DNA of 64,000 bases from Candidatus Neomicrothrix sp. UBA825 (GCA_002295705.1 DBHP01000091.1:43971-107970); one strand, 5' to 3'; shown: positions 51,587 through 62,247, counted from the first letter of the stretch. Program-made: numbers and translations. Notes: generated from the letters alone by a model not told the origin.

Positions 51587-52123
51587 TTAGTTCCGCTGTA
51601 CTCGTGTCATTGCGATTTGATTATTTCGGTAATTACCTTGGTGAAATACCCATTCCATCAAAAAATGCAGCAGCGGAATAAATAAGCCCGTGTAAAGACC
51701 TCCTACAACCAAAATTTTTCCAAAATTCTTGTTATAAAGATTAGGTTCTGCAATAAGTTCCCCAAATAGGACGAAAGTAACCAAGCCCAAAACTATGCCT
51801 ACGAGAGAAATTACGGTGCGGACGATCCTTTCAACGTCTTCAGCGATAAGTTCCGAAATTATTCCAAGCAAGTATCCGATTAACGCATATGTCAGGGCGC
51901 TTAATCCCATTGGGGAAGCGAGATATAAATCTACAAGAAAGCCGCTTGCAAAGCCCATTATGGCCCCATCGGTTGGGCCCCCATGCCAACCTGAAGCTAC
52001 TGCTACTCCCAACATGATTTCGGGCATGACACCAAAAAATCGAATACTTGCGAACAACTCAAGTTGCAGTATCAAAAGAACTATCAGAACTGCGCCTGCT
52101 TTCACTAATCGAAAGAAAGTCAT
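51587..52123 (-). CDS. mreD: Rod shape-determining protein MreD
   Basis: Hydrophobic 178 aa with GFASGFLVD...PMG, between mreC and pbp2. Confidence 0.85.
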   Translation of the reverse strand: MTFFRLVKAGAVLIVLLILQLELFASIRFFGVMPEIMLGVAVASGWHGGPTDGAIMGFASGFLVDLYLASPMGLSALTYALIGYLLGIISELIAEDVERIVRTVISLVGIVLGLVTFVLFGELIAEPNLYNKNFGKILVVGGLYTGLFIPLLHFLMEWVFHQGNYRNNQIAMTRVQRN

Positions 52124-52125
52124 TG

Positions 52126-52980
52126 CTAACCCCCCCCTGAGTCGGAAGTTACCGGCTGGTATAGGACAACTGTTACAAACTCTAGATTTTCTAATTGTCC
52201 CGTAGGCGCAACAACCAATTCTTTTTCAAGGTTAATCTCATCTACAATGATTTCTAGAATCGTTCCGACAGCGAAACCACCGGGATAGGGACTTCTTTCA
52301 GAACCGCTTGTTACCATGATTGATCCGATTTCTACGTCAGTTGAGACTGGAATACCATCCGATACTTTCAAAGGCTGGCCTACGCCTCCTCCACTGAGAA
52401 TTCCTATTTCGTTCGTTCCAACGGCTAGGACCCCCACATTAACATTTGGGTCGGTGATAAGCCGCACACGCGAACTGCGCAGACCCGGATCCTCGATCCG
52501 TCCTATCAATCCACCTACCGATACGACAGCCATTCCTTCCCTAATTCCATTTTGTGTTCCTTTACCAATTTCGATCATGTAAGGATCAAAATTTGAGACT
52601 GATCGTGCAGTGATCTCTGCAACAATTGTTTCTTGGCCGCCTAGATTTTCGAGATCGAGTTGCGTTCGCAGTGCAGCTAACTCTTCAACCGCACCTTCAG
52701 TAGTTACGCGGTATTCAAGTAGCTCGCTCAATTGCTCGCGTAGAAGTGCATTTTCCTTTTCCAGAGTATCTCCTTCAGAAAGAGATTCCCAAGCATCCGC
52801 TATTGGGTCAAAAATTGTGCTTGCAATATTTCTGAATGGCTCGATAATAGCTGTAGTAGCCTTTCGAAGGTTTGCTAAGGGTTCGTACCCTCGAGCATCA
52901 AGAGAGATTAGCGTTACAGATGTCAATAGAAGAATTGCGAGTGTAAACCGAGAGCCACTGCTTCTTTGTGGCACAGCCAT
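52126..52980 (-). CDS. mreC: Rod shape-determining protein MreC
   Basis: N-terminal TM, coiled coil ENALLREQL, GLIGRI, VRLITD and VTSG...YPGG. Confidence 0.92.
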   Translation of the reverse strand: MAVPQRSSGSRFTLAILLLTSVTLISLDARGYEPLANLRKATTAIIEPFRNIASTIFDPIADAWESLSEGDTLEKENALLREQLSELLEYRVTTEGAVEELAALRTQLDLENLGGQETIVAEITARSVSNFDPYMIEIGKGTQNGIREGMAVVSVGGLIGRIEDPGLRSSRVRLITDPNVNVGVLAVGTNEIGILSGGGVGQPLKVSDGIPVSTDVEIGSIMVTSGSERSPYPGGFAVGTILEIIVDEINLEKELVVAPTGQLENLEFVTVVLYQPVTSDSGGG

Positions 52981-52994
52981 TCAAACCTCCCCTT

Positions 52995-54023
52995 CTAGAT
53001 TTGAGTGGAGGTGAAGAGTACCCCTTTTAGTGAGTCAAACGCCTCTAATGATTTACCTGAGCCTAATGCAACAGCGTGTAGCGGGTTTGGCGAAACACAT
53101 ACCGGCATTCCAGTCTCGTGAGCTATACATTCGGGCATACCAGTTAGCAGTGCCCCGCCCCCAGCAAGCATAATTCCTTTTTCCATGATGTCTGCGGCTA
53201 GTTCGGGAGGTGTTACGTCCAGAGTCATCTTGACCGCGTCTAAAATTGCCGATAGTGGCTCTGCTATCGCTTCTCGAATTTCAGACGTTGATGTCACAAT
53301 TGTTTTAGGCAACCCAGTTATCAGGTCCCTTCCTCGCACTTCGGCAAAAACTTCTTCAGTGGACCATGCACTAGCGAGTTTAATCTTGAGCTCTTCTGCT
53401 GTTCTGACTCCCAATGCAACGCTATATTCCTTCTTTATGAACTGAATGATTGAATTATCAAGTTCATCTCCACCAACACGAACAGACTTATTCGCAACGA
53501 CTCCTCCAAGGGAAATGACAGCTACTTCGGTTGTCCCACCGCCAATATCGACGATCATATTTCCACTCGGGTCCTGAACCTGCATACCGGAACCTATTGC
53601 TGCTGCCATTGGCTCTTCGATAATGTACGCAGGTTTCCTGGCTCCCGCAAACTCTGCTGCCTCTTGAACTGCTCGCTGCTCAACGCCAGTTATTCCAGAA
53701 GGAACACAAATAACCATTCGCGGTTTAGCAAGTCTACTCTGGTGGACCTTTTCAATAAAGTGTCGAAGCATTTGCTCACACATGTCAAAATCGGCAATAA
53801 CTCCATCTCTGAGTGGTCGCGAAGCTTGGATATGGCTGGGAGTTCGCCCTATCATCCTTTTGGCATCAGATCCTACGGCCAGTGCAGACCCATCTCTAAT
53901 ATCTATCGCAACTACTGAAGGCTCGTTTAAAACAATTCCCTCGCCCCGAACATAGACCAAAGTGTTAGCTGTACCGAGGTCAACAGCCATGTCTCTGCCC
54001 ATAACGCCAAGTATTGAAGCCAC
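52995..54023 (-). CDS. mreB: Actin-like protein MreB
   Basis: DLGTANT, EPSVVA, EEPMAAAIG, DIGGGTTE and AGGGALL. Confidence 0.97.
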   Translation of the reverse strand: MASILGVMGRDMAVDLGTANTLVYVRGEGIVLNEPSVVAIDIRDGSALAVGSDAKRMIGRTPSHIQASRPLRDGVIADFDMCEQMLRHFIEKVHQSRLAKPRMVICVPSGITGVEQRAVQEAAEFAGARKPAYIIEEPMAAAIGSGMQVQDPSGNMIVDIGGGTTEVAVISLGGVVANKSVRVGGDELDNSIIQFIKKEYSVALGVRTAEELKIKLASAWSTEEVFAEVRGRDLITGLPKTIVTSTSEIREAIAEPLSAILDAVKMTLDVTPPELAADIMEKGIMLAGGGALLTGMPECIAHETGMPVCVSPNPLHAVALGSGKSLEAFDSLKGVLFTSTQI

Positions 54024-54153
54024 TAGGAACCGCCCTGTTTCATATGCCTATGCCTCTCCAAACTGTATTAAGTTACGAGCCTCTCTCCGCATATTTATTC
54101 TACGACTTCATTAGAAAAGTGCAATGCACCACCCAAAGTTCACCGTATATTCT

Positions 54154-54555
54154 TTATCCGAAGAATATTTCGATTTCTCTCTTGGCAGATTCAGCTGAAT
54201 CAGATCCGTGTACGAGGTTTTCAGTAAATAGAGCACTGAAGTCTCCACGAATTGTTCCAGGTTCTGCTTGGGCAGCATTGGTTGCACCCATCATTTTCCT
54301 AACGATTTCCCATGTATCTTCAGGCCCTTCAATGACCATTGCAACAGCGGGCGATCTCCCTATAAAATCTACTAAATCATTGTAGAAAGGCTTACCGATA
54401 TGTTCCGCATAGTGCTTTTCCGCTAGCTCAGGACCAATTGTTAGCATTCGTAGTGCGACTATTTTGAGACCTTTTTTTTCAAATCGTGAGATGATCTCAC
54501 CGACAAGACTTCGCTCGACGGCATCTGGTTTGCAAAGTACTAAAGTTTGTTTCAT
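54154..54555 (-). CDS. ndk: Nucleoside diphosphate kinase
   Basis: KPDAV, HYAEH, PGTIRGD and NLVHGSDS. Confidence 0.97.
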   Translation of the reverse strand: MKQTLVLCKPDAVERSLVGEIISRFEKKGLKIVALRMLTIGPELAEKHYAEHIGKPFYNDLVDFIGRSPAVAMVIEGPEDTWEIVRKMMGATNAAQAEPGTIRGDFSALFTENLVHGSDSAESAKREIEIFFG

Positions 54556-54578
54556 GCGGAAATCCTATCGGAATGTTT

Positions 54579-55883
54579 TTACTTTTGTTTAGATTGAAAT
54601 TTCTGATTAGCTTCTCGTAGAGCGCCTACCACGTACATAGATCCTGTTCCGAAGATAACTCCATTACTGGAAGATACTTGAATTGCCTCCTTGAGTGCCT
54701 CTTCTGGGTTAGGGCAACTAATAGCCTTTGAGCAATATTTTGATGCTACCTTGGCTAAATCCTCAGAGGACATTGATCGAGGGCTAGAGGCTTCGGTGGT
54801 GAATATGCAGTCAAATTCGGTGGCATTGAGGTTTGATAACATCCAATCCGCATCCTTTTCCTCTGTCATCCCTACTATTAGTGCTTTGGTGCCCTCTAAA
54901 GTGAAGCTGCTTTGAAGGGTTTGCGCCGCCGCTAAGGCTCCAGGAGGGTTATGTGCGCCGTCAAGAATAAGTAATGGTTCTGTCGAGACTACTTCGAATC
55001 TTCCTGGCAAAATAATATCTTGGAAAGAGTTCTCTACGATTGATGCGGGTATTTCTAACCCTAGGAATGCCGTTGCCCCCGCGAGAGCTATTGCTGCATT
55101 CTGTCCTTGATGGACGCCATGTTGAGATAAAAATATATTTTCATAAACGGCATCATTTATTTTTAGAGATAGGTGTCGTCCACCTATTGCCAGATCATTG
55201 TCAATACATGCAAAATCTATATCACGCCTCAGGATCTTTGTAGGTTGCTCTTGAAGAATCAGATACTCTAACTCGTCGTCGGTATCACCTAGGCAGACGA
55301 CTGATCCGTCTTTGATGATGCCTGCCTTTTCCCATATGAGTTTTTTTCTCCAGCCCTCAGCACCATCTGTATGATCAAATCCGACGTTGGTAATTATGGC
55401 TACTTTAGCATCAGCGATATTTGTAGCGTCATAACGGCCGAGCATGCCGACTTCAATAACGGCGACGTCAACTGCATTATTAGCGAAACAAGAAAAGGCT
55501 GCAGCTGTCATTAACTCGAACCAGCTCGGAGTTATCTTGAGCATTGAGGTTGCCAGCTTTAAGTGACTGACTACTTCTGCAAACTCATCTTCAGATATTG
55601 GTTCAGTGTTTAGTTGTATTCTTTCAGTGATTGAGCTTACGTGCGGAGAGCAATAGGTCCCTACGTTTAATCCCATTGAGCTCAGTATCTTAGAAATTAA
55701 GGCAGATGTTGAACCCTTACCATTTGTCCCTGTTATATGAATGCATGGAAAGTCCATTTGTGGACTTCCGATTGTCTGAGCCAGAAGGCGCATGTTGTCA
55801 AGTGCAGTATCATCAATCTTTTCCCTCGTTAGAGATCGGTTAATGTGACTACTAAGAAACTGTACGGATTCCTCAAAATTCAT
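54579..55883 (-). CDS. folC: Folylpolyglutamate/dihydrofolate synthase
   Basis: HITGTNGKGS, SPHV, EVGMLGRYDATN, EKAGIIK and DGAHNP. Confidence 0.94.
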   Translation of the reverse strand: MNFEESVQFLSSHINRSLTREKIDDTALDNMRLLAQTIGSPQMDFPCIHITGTNGKGSTSALISKILSSMGLNVGTYCSPHVSSITERIQLNTEPISEDEFAEVVSHLKLATSMLKITPSWFELMTAAAFSCFANNAVDVAVIEVGMLGRYDATNIADAKVAIITNVGFDHTDGAEGWRKKLIWEKAGIIKDGSVVCLGDTDDELEYLILQEQPTKILRRDIDFACIDNDLAIGGRHLSLKINDAVYENIFLSQHGVHQGQNAAIALAGATAFLGLEIPASIVENSFQDIILPGRFEVVSTEPLLILDGAHNPPGALAAAQTLQSSFTLEGTKALIVGMTEEKDADWMLSNLNATEFDCIFTTEASSPRSMSSEDLAKVASKYCSKAISCPNPEEALKEAIQVSSSNGVIFGTGSMYVVGALREANQKFQSKQK

Positions 55884-55899
55884 AATCGCTGAGCAAGAA

Positions 55900-57156
55900 C
55901 TACGAAGCGGCTAAACCGCTCTCACCTCTTAATATTAATTTGGGTGGCTCAGTCTTCAAAACTACGTCCTCATTGACCACGCACGAAATGACGTCATCCC
56001 TGCCTGGAATCTCGTACATTACTTCGAGGAGGACCTCTTCAAGAATCGAACGAAGTCCTCTAGCTCCTATGCGGCGTTCAAGAGCGAGCGTAGCTATTGC
56101 TTCTAGAGCTTCGTCAGTAATTTCAAGATTTACATCCTCGAAACCAAATATTTTTTTGTATTGCTTGATTAAAGCATTTTTCGGTTCATTGAGAATTCTA
56201 ACTAGTGCATCAGTCTCCAAGTTCCCGACTGCCCCGACAACCGGTAGTCGCCCTATGAACTCCGGAATGAGCCCATATTTGACGAGATCCTCGGGTTGAA
56301 CCTGAGCGTAGAGTGCAGTGAGGTCTTTATCATTAGCATTACGGATATCGGCACCAAAACCTACTCCGCTACTCCCTATTCGGTTTTCAATGATCTCGTC
56401 AAGTCCCGCAAACGCTCCACCGCAAATGAAGAGAATGTTCTTCGTATCAATTTGTAAGAATTCCTGATGAGGGTGTTTCCTTCCGCCTTGTGGAGGAACT
56501 GAAGCTGAAGTTCCTTCAAGAATTTTTAAAAGCGCCTGTTGAACGCCTTCTCCTGATACGTCTCTTGTTATCGAAGGGTTTTCGCTTTTCCTGGAAACTT
56601 TATCTATTTCATCAATGTAGATGATTCCCATTTCAGCTTTCTTTACGTCTAAGTCAGCTGCTTGAATTAATTTCAGGAGAATGTTTTCAACATCTTCTCC
56701 AACGTAGCCTGCCTCCGTAAGCGCCGTAGCATCAGCGATTGCGAAAGGAACATTGAGCATTCTTGCGAGTGTTTCAGCCATTAAAGTCTTACCGCATCCG
56801 GTGGGCCCTATGAGCAAGATATTACTTTTAGAAAGTTCAACCTCGTCGTCACTTTTCTCTCCCACCTGAACGCGTTTGTAATGGTTATAAACGGCTACGG
56901 AAAGTATTCTCTTTGCTTGTTCCTGCCCAATTATGTAATCATCGAGAAAAGCGTTTATTTCCTCGGGTTTAGGAAGCTCATCAAACCCTAATTCCGATGG
57001 TTGGGAAAGCTCCTCATCAATTATTTCGTTACAGAGATCAATACATTCATCGCAAATGTAGACACCGGGGCCAGCAATTAACTTCTTTACTTGTTTTTGC
57101 GATTTCCCACAAAATGAACATTTTAGCAACTCTGAGGTTTCCCCGAATTTCGCCAT
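55900..57156 (-). CDS. clpX: ATP-dependent Clp protease ATPase ClpX
   Basis: CSFCGK Zn finger, [19 protein letters not shown] and VGF loop. Confidence 0.98.
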   Translation of the reverse strand: MAKFGETSELLKCSFCGKSQKQVKKLIAGPGVYICDECIDLCNEIIDEELSQPSELGFDELPKPEEINAFLDDYIIGQEQAKRILSVAVYNHYKRVQVGEKSDDEVELSKSNILLIGPTGCGKTLMAETLARMLNVPFAIADATALTEAGYVGEDVENILLKLIQAADLDVKKAEMGIIYIDEIDKVSRKSENPSITRDVSGEGVQQALLKILEGTSASVPPQGGRKHPHQEFLQIDTKNILFICGGAFAGLDEIIENRIGSSGVGFGADIRNANDKDLTALYAQVQPEDLVKYGLIPEFIGRLPVVGAVGNLETDALVRILNEPKNALIKQYKKIFGFEDVNLEITDEALEAIATLALERRIGARGLRSILEEVLLEVMYEIPGRDDVISCVVNEDVVLKTEPPKLILRGESGLAAS

Positions 57157-57177
57157 TTCATTTCCCCCCTTCGATTA

Positions 57178-57813
57178 TTAGACGGCAGATATTGGGCCGG
57201 CGTTGTCAACATTTGGTCGTGAGTTAATTACCTCATCAATTATTCCATACTCTTTGGCTTCGTACGCGTCCATAATATTATCTCGGTCAGTATCAAGGCG
57301 GATTTGCTCAACTGTCTGCCCAGTGTGAGTTGCAAGCACTTCTTCTAGCTGGTTCTTTAGTCTTTGAATTTCTCTTGATGCAATCTCCAGATCAGAGACT
57401 TGCCCCTGAGCACCCGCATATGGCTGATGAATGAGGATTCGTGAATGCGGCAACGCTAGCCTTTTCCCTGGAGTCCCGGCTGCCAGGAGTACAGCAGCAG
57501 CAGCTACGGCTTGCCCGTAACATATTGTGGCCACTTGAGGTTTGATGTAAGACATAGTGTCGTAGATGGCAAATACGGAGTTGATGTTACCGCCAGGAGA
57601 ATTGATGTAAAGACTTATATCTTTATCCGGATTCTCTGACTCAAGGTGGAGCAGTTGAGCACAAACTAAATTTGCAATTCCATCATCAATTGGTGTTCCG
57701 ATGAAAATAATGTTCTCTTTCAGAAGCTTTGAATAAAGGTCGTATCCCCTCTCTCCTCTATTAGTTTGTTCAACAACAGTCGGGACTAGGTAGTTAGTTG
57801 GTCCATCAATCAT
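57178..57813 (-). CDS. clpP: ClpP-family subunit (ClpP2-like) lacking the catalytic Ser
   Basis: [28 protein letters not shown] and DRDN; GQAVAAAA in place of GQAASAAA; start placed at ATG 57813 overlapping the tig stop. Confidence 0.9.
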   Translation of the reverse strand: MIDGPTNYLVPTVVEQTNRGERGYDLYSKLLKENIIFIGTPIDDGIANLVCAQLLHLESENPDKDISLYINSPGGNINSVFAIYDTMSYIKPQVATICYGQAVAAAAVLLAAGTPGKRLALPHSRILIHQPYAGAQGQVSDLEIASREIQRLKNQLEEVLATHTGQTVEQIRLDTDRDNIMDAYEAKEYGIIDEVINSRPNVDNAGPISAV

Positions 57814-59299
57814 CTGACTCACTTGATTCTTCTTCCTTGGGTTCGGGGTCATCGGGGTTACTTCCATTTTGACTCAATTCGGGTGCATTTTCTGTGTTTT
57901 CAACGAAGATTTCTTCTTTATCAATTTCGTTTCCATCTTCGTCCTCTATTTTAACTGAATCCTCAACGAGTTTTAAGGCTTTTTGCTTGAGTAAATCTGC
58001 TTTCAGGATTCGGATTTGACCATTCTCTTGCAAAGAGTTGGTCAAGTTCTCCTTCTCCGTTTTAATACGCGAAGATAACTGCGCATCTATCTCTTCCGAT
58101 GTCATTTCTAGGGAATAATCAATTTCTTCAGCTTGTATTGCTGCTTGAAGCGCATATTGTTTGGCAACATTTTCGATTTCGTTTTCTATGTCGCTTTCAG
58201 TGACTTCAATTGATTCGGCTACTGCAACTGCCCGCAATGCGAGGTCGGTTCTCACTGCTTGTTCTGATGGCTCCCTTAGGTTCGCAACGATGTCCTCTAT
58301 AGATTGGTTTGTCGCTTGAAGAAATTGCTCAAACTGCATCCCTTGCTGCGCCATGCGCATTGCCATGTCCTGAACTTGCTGCTGGATTTGTTCTTGTATT
58401 AGGGGTTCCGGTATCTCTTCAGTAACCAGCTCAGATATTGCCTCAAGTATTTTGGAAGTTACCTGTCCGGGTAGTTGATTCCGTTTCATCTCTTCCATGC
58501 GTTCTCTGGTATCAGCCACAAGCAAGTCGACTGTCTCAAATTCAGATAGCTCTGCAACTAATTCATCAGTTAATTCAGGGAGAGTCTTCTCTTCAACGCT
58601 TAGAATTTTTGCCACGAAACCTAACTCAGCGTCCTCCTCGGAGGGGTGCGGTCCTCCAAATTCAATTTCTTGACCAATTTCAGCACCCTCCAGGGAAGCA
58701 TTAATTTCTTCAATAATAAATGAAGATCCAATTTCAAACACAAATCCTTCGGCTGTCAGAGTCTCTTCTGGTTCACCATTGATAGCTCCTGATAAATCCA
58801 TAGTTATGAAGTCACCAGTAGTAGCCGGTCGACCAACTTCGTTCCGCTCGGAAGCTTGCTCCAGCAACCTATTTACGCTTTCGTCTATTTCTTCTTGAGT
58901 TACATGTGGACTAGGCACTCTTATTTCTAAGTTTTTGTATCCTTGAATCTCTAAAGTTGGTCTAACTTCAACAGTCGCTTCAAAAACCGCAGGTCCGGAT
59001 TCTTGCCCTTCGATGAGTTCAAGTTGAGGTTGCGCTATGACATCTAGTTCGTGTTCATTGACCGCTTGAAAGTAGACTTCGCCGACGATGTCATTGAGAG
59101 CTTCACTTCTAGCGTATTCTTTTCCAAATTTAGCTTCAAGCACTTTTCTTGGTGCTTTGCCTTGACGGAAGCCAGGAAGTTTTACTTCTTTCGATATTTT
59201 TTTGAAAGCTTCATCTATTGCAACATCGATAACGTCCTCGGGCACCTCAATGTTAACTTTCACCTTGTTATCTTCTAAATTTTTTACCGAACTATTCAC
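57806..59299 (-). CDS. tig: Trigger factor
   Basis: Ribosome-binding signature [14 protein letters not shown]-like middle, acidic tail; start placed at GTG 59299. Confidence 0.94.
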   Translation of the reverse strand: MNSSVKNLEDNKVKVNIEVPEDVIDVAIDEAFKKISKEVKLPGFRQGKAPRKVLEAKFGKEYARSEALNDIVGEVYFQAVNEHELDVIAQPQLELIEGQESGPAVFEATVEVRPTLEIQGYKNLEIRVPSPHVTQEEIDESVNRLLEQASERNEVGRPATTGDFITMDLSGAINGEPEETLTAEGFVFEIGSSFIIEEINASLEGAEIGQEIEFGGPHPSEEDAELGFVAKILSVEEKTLPELTDELVAELSEFETVDLLVADTRERMEEMKRNQLPGQVTSKILEAISELVTEEIPEPLIQEQIQQQVQDMAMRMAQQGMQFEQFLQATNQSIEDIVANLREPSEQAVRTDLALRAVAVAESIEVTESDIENEIENVAKQYALQAAIQAEEIDYSLEMTSEEIDAQLSSRIKTEKENLTNSLQENGQIRILKADLLKQKALKLVEDSVKIEDEDGNEIDKEEIFVENTENAPELSQNGSNPDDPEPKEEESSESDD

Positions 59300-59405
59300 A
59301 GACCGAAAGTGTATCCGCTTGTTTGGTGCTCTCATCCAAGTGCAGGGTGATTTCTAAATCTTCTTTCTATCAAAAATCATAAAAACCCGATAGCATCGTA
59401 AATCT

Positions 59406-59477
59406 GCGGGTGTAGTTCAACGGCTAGAACCTCAGCCTTCCAAGCTGATGATGGGAGTTCGATTCTCCTCACCCGCT
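59406..59477 (+). tRNA. tRNA-Gly(TCC)
   Basis: GCGGGTGTAGTTCAACGGCTAGAAC-TCAGC-CTTCCAA-GCTGA...GTTCGATTC...CACCCGCT; CCA not encoded. Confidence 0.95.
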
Positions 59478-59515
59478 CTGACGTAATATTGTGGACAGGA
59501 GCGAAAGAGGTCCAA

Positions 59516-60136
59516 TTGTCATCAATATTTGTAGGGATAGCGGGCGGTAGTTGCTCAGGGAAAACAACTTTGGTCAAAAGTATTGAAGAGAACCTGAGTT
59601 TTTCTGTAGCAAGGTTGGCTTTTGATAGCTACTACTGTGATCAAGGCCATCTTCCGATTAAAGAGCGTGCCTTGGTTAATTACGACCACCCCGACTCACT
59701 TGACGTTGATCTGTTTATAGACGATCTTCGAATGCTGCGAAGAGGATTTGATATTTCGTCACCCGTCTACGATTTTGCAACACACACTCGAAGCGACAAA
59801 GTTGCTGACATATCACCGACTGAAGTTATTCTTTTTGACGGTATTCTTCTTCTCGCTTTCTCTGAAATTTCTGATTTGCTGGATCTTAAGATCTTTGTTT
59901 CAGCCCCTGAAAATACCCGTTTAGAACGTCGTATATTACGGGATGTAGCAGAAAGAGGAAGAACAGCCGAACAGGCGCATACGCAATTCCTAAAAACAGT
60001 CCAGCCTATGCACGCTCAATTTGTTGAGCCTTCAAAGAAGAATGCAGATCTTATCCTTGACGGCGAGGGGGATATCAACGAGATGGCGAAAACTGTTGAA
60101 AACCAAATTGATTTTTTATTACTTGGCAGTGACTAA
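59516..60136 (+). CDS. udk: Uridine kinase (start uncertain, 59489 or 59516)
   Basis: GIAGGSCSGKTT, DSYY, NYDHPDS, PVYDF, RRILRDVAERGR and FVEPSK. Confidence 0.93.
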   Translation: MSSIFVGIAGGSCSGKTTLVKSIEENLSFSVARLAFDSYYCDQGHLPIKERALVNYDHPDSLDVDLFIDDLRMLRRGFDISSPVYDFATHTRSDKVADISPTEVILFDGILLLAFSEISDLLDLKIFVSAPENTRLERRILRDVAERGRTAEQAHTQFLKTVQPMHAQFVEPSKKNADLILDGEGDINEMAKTVENQIDFLLLGSD

Positions 60137-62247
60137 CTCCTACTTTCGTTGAGCACAGATTCGCCACCCAGTGAAGTGATAATTGCGTCAACATAGTACC
60201 TTGCCCCGAGAGGCATCGTATGAACCCCGTCGCGCGAAAAGTACTCAGGTTTATTGTTTGAAAGCGAATACCAATCAAGAAGCTCGGTATTCTCAAATCT
60301 GACAACAGCCTCACTCAACAAATCGTTCACTTTATTCTCCCATCGCCTCGGAACGCGTACATTTATCAAAAGGACTTTTCTGGCGTCCCGAAGTAATTCA
60401 AGGGATTCATTAACTATGCTCTCATCTATTACCCCGTTATTCCCTAGGTGTATAACTACGATTTCACCTACTTCGTTCTGCTTATCAAGATCTCGGACAA
60501 TCCCACGCAATTCGTACCATTGGCGATTCTTAGCTGCAGAAACTGTTACTTGGTCAGAAATAGTTGAAATGTCCTGACGAAATGCTTCTTCAACGCCATC
60601 ATTCCCGACATCTGTGAGCGCTCCAAGCATGACCGAGTCTCCAATGAAGGTAATACGGTCAAAGTAGATCGAAACTGCGTAAGAGGTGATATTCATTAAT
60701 TCTTGCCACACTTCTGGATTGGCGACCAATGCGTCTTGGAACTCAGCTAAATCAAACGTCAGGTCGTCAAAGTTAATTTGATTTATAGTCTGGCCATCGA
60801 CTGCGTCATCCAGAACTAGAAGTGGCTTTTCTTCAGCCGGAGTAGTTTGAGGTTGTGGAGTAATTTGTGGTGCTGGGCTTGGAGTTGGCGTCATCGGGGT
60901 TGACACAGAATTATCTTTTTTGGCTATATCTATTGCTTCATCAGAGTTCTCATCTGCTGCCACATCAACAGTTTCAAATTGCTGAATGCTCCTATCGGCC
61001 TGAACACCTTGGAGGATCATGATGCTCGCCAATATTCCCAAAGCCGAAAGCGCAAATTTAGGAAGTGATGACTTTAGCTCTTTAATTCTTTTAACTTTTG
61101 CTAGCTCCCTCATCATTCTTCGTTCCCGAATTGGACGTTCTACACATTGGTAACTTATCTCCACGAGCACGAGGGTTACGAACATTCTGACAGCGAAAAG
61201 CTCCCATCCGTTAATATCCACATCGACGCGCTCTCTCGTGAGTTGAAATACGGGCCAATGCCAAAGGTACAAACCATATGACCGCTTCCCTATCCAAACA
61301 AACGGAGCTAATCCAAGTATTGAGTTAAGATACGAGTTCGGGATTACTACGCAGGCTATAACGATCGCAGTTACGGTTGAAGTTATCAGGAATCCTCCAC
61401 GGAATAATTGATCTGCATCCGGCATGAGTAACGTGTAATGCATATTTGCCCAAACGAGGATACCTATTGCTGCAATACCAACAAGAAAAGAAGCATCCTT
61501 GCCTTTAGGGAATAGTTTTGATTTCTCAACGCTCCAAGGCCGCCAAATATAGGCAAGTAATGCCCCGATTAATAACCCTGAAGCTCTGGTGTCAGTTCCG
61601 TAATACACTCTAAGAGGGTCTTCAAAGGGCTGGTACATAGTCCACATCAGAAAAGCTGAACTCGTTATGCCTAAAATAAGCAGTGATATGGTTACTTTTC
61701 GGTTTATGTGCTTTTGGAGGCAGAGCAGAAGAACAGGCCAAAGCAAATAAAACTGTTCCTCGACTGCTAGGGACCAAAGATGGTGAAAGAAGTTCTTGCG
61801 CTCAAAAACGTCAGTGTAAGAAATCTCTTGAAAAATACCGAACCAGTTATATACATAACCTAAAGTCGAAAGCACCTCTCCTTTAGTGGGAACGACATCT
61901 TCGGCCATTGAATAGGCAAAGGCAACTGACCCTCCTATGTAAAGAAATAACGCAGGAAGCAACCTCCTAGCTCGCCTTACCCAGAATTGCCGAAGGTTGA
62001 TGCCACGATTTAAATTGAACTCCTCGAGGAGCAAGGCAGTGATTAAATAGCCGCTGATGACGAAAAAGATTTCGACACCCAGGAAGCCACCCGGAACACT
62101 TTCTATTTCGGAATGATATGCAATCACTGCCACCACAGCGAGCGCTCGTAAACCGTCCAACCCAGGCATGTAAGGAAGTCCGGCGGTATTGCGATTTTTA
62201 TCAGCGAATGTCTTTGAATCTCTACTTGTCTTAGAATTGGAATTCAT
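60133..62247 (-). CDS. Acyltransferase-3 + SGNH fusion (OatA-like O-acetyltransferase)
   Basis: LDGLRALAV, GGFLGVEIFFVISGYLIT, HLWSLAVEEQFY and SYGLYLWHWP; SGNH blocks GDSV, LGNN and DGVH. Confidence 0.92.
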   Translation of the reverse strand: MNSNSKTSRDSKTFADKNRNTAGLPYMPGLDGLRALAVVAVIAYHSEIESVPGGFLGVEIFFVISGYLITALLLEEFNLNRGINLRQFWVRRARRLLPALFLYIGGSVAFAYSMAEDVVPTKGEVLSTLGYVYNWFGIFQEISYTDVFERKNFFHHLWSLAVEEQFYLLWPVLLLCLQKHINRKVTISLLILGITSSAFLMWTMYQPFEDPLRVYYGTDTRASGLLIGALLAYIWRPWSVEKSKLFPKGKDASFLVGIAAIGILVWANMHYTLLMPDADQLFRGGFLITSTVTAIVIACVVIPNSYLNSILGLAPFVWIGKRSYGLYLWHWPVFQLTRERVDVDINGWELFAVRMFVTLVLVEISYQCVERPIRERRMMRELAKVKRIKELKSSLPKFALSALGILASIMILQGVQADRSIQQFETVDVAADENSDEAIDIAKKDNSVSTPMTPTPSPAPQITPQPQTTPAEEKPLLVLDDAVDGQTINQINFDDLTFDLAEFQDALVANPEVWQELMNITSYAVSIYFDRITFIGDSVMLGALTDVGNDGVEEAFRQDISTISDQVTVSAAKNRQWYELRGIVRDLDKQNEVGEIVVIHLGNNGVIDESIVNESLELLRDARKVLLINVRVPRRWENKVNDLLSEAVVRFENTELLDWYSLSNNKPEYFSRDGVHTMPLGARYYVDAIITSLGGESVLNESRS

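Noticed and set aside
34538-59335. Long N-terminal extensions in the ORF track for sigma, rne, DUF2344, clpP and tig
   Set aside because: Artefacts of choosing the most upstream start; homology begins at downstream starts that fit overlaps or promoter spacing.
59377-59577. ORF 59377..59577 (-)
   Set aside because: Antisense to tRNA-Gly and the udk start; no coding features.
31932-60136. tRNA-Ala and tRNA-Gly as possible island integration sites
   Set aside because: No integrase, duplicated tRNA 3' end or obvious compositional shift; flanking genes are housekeeping.
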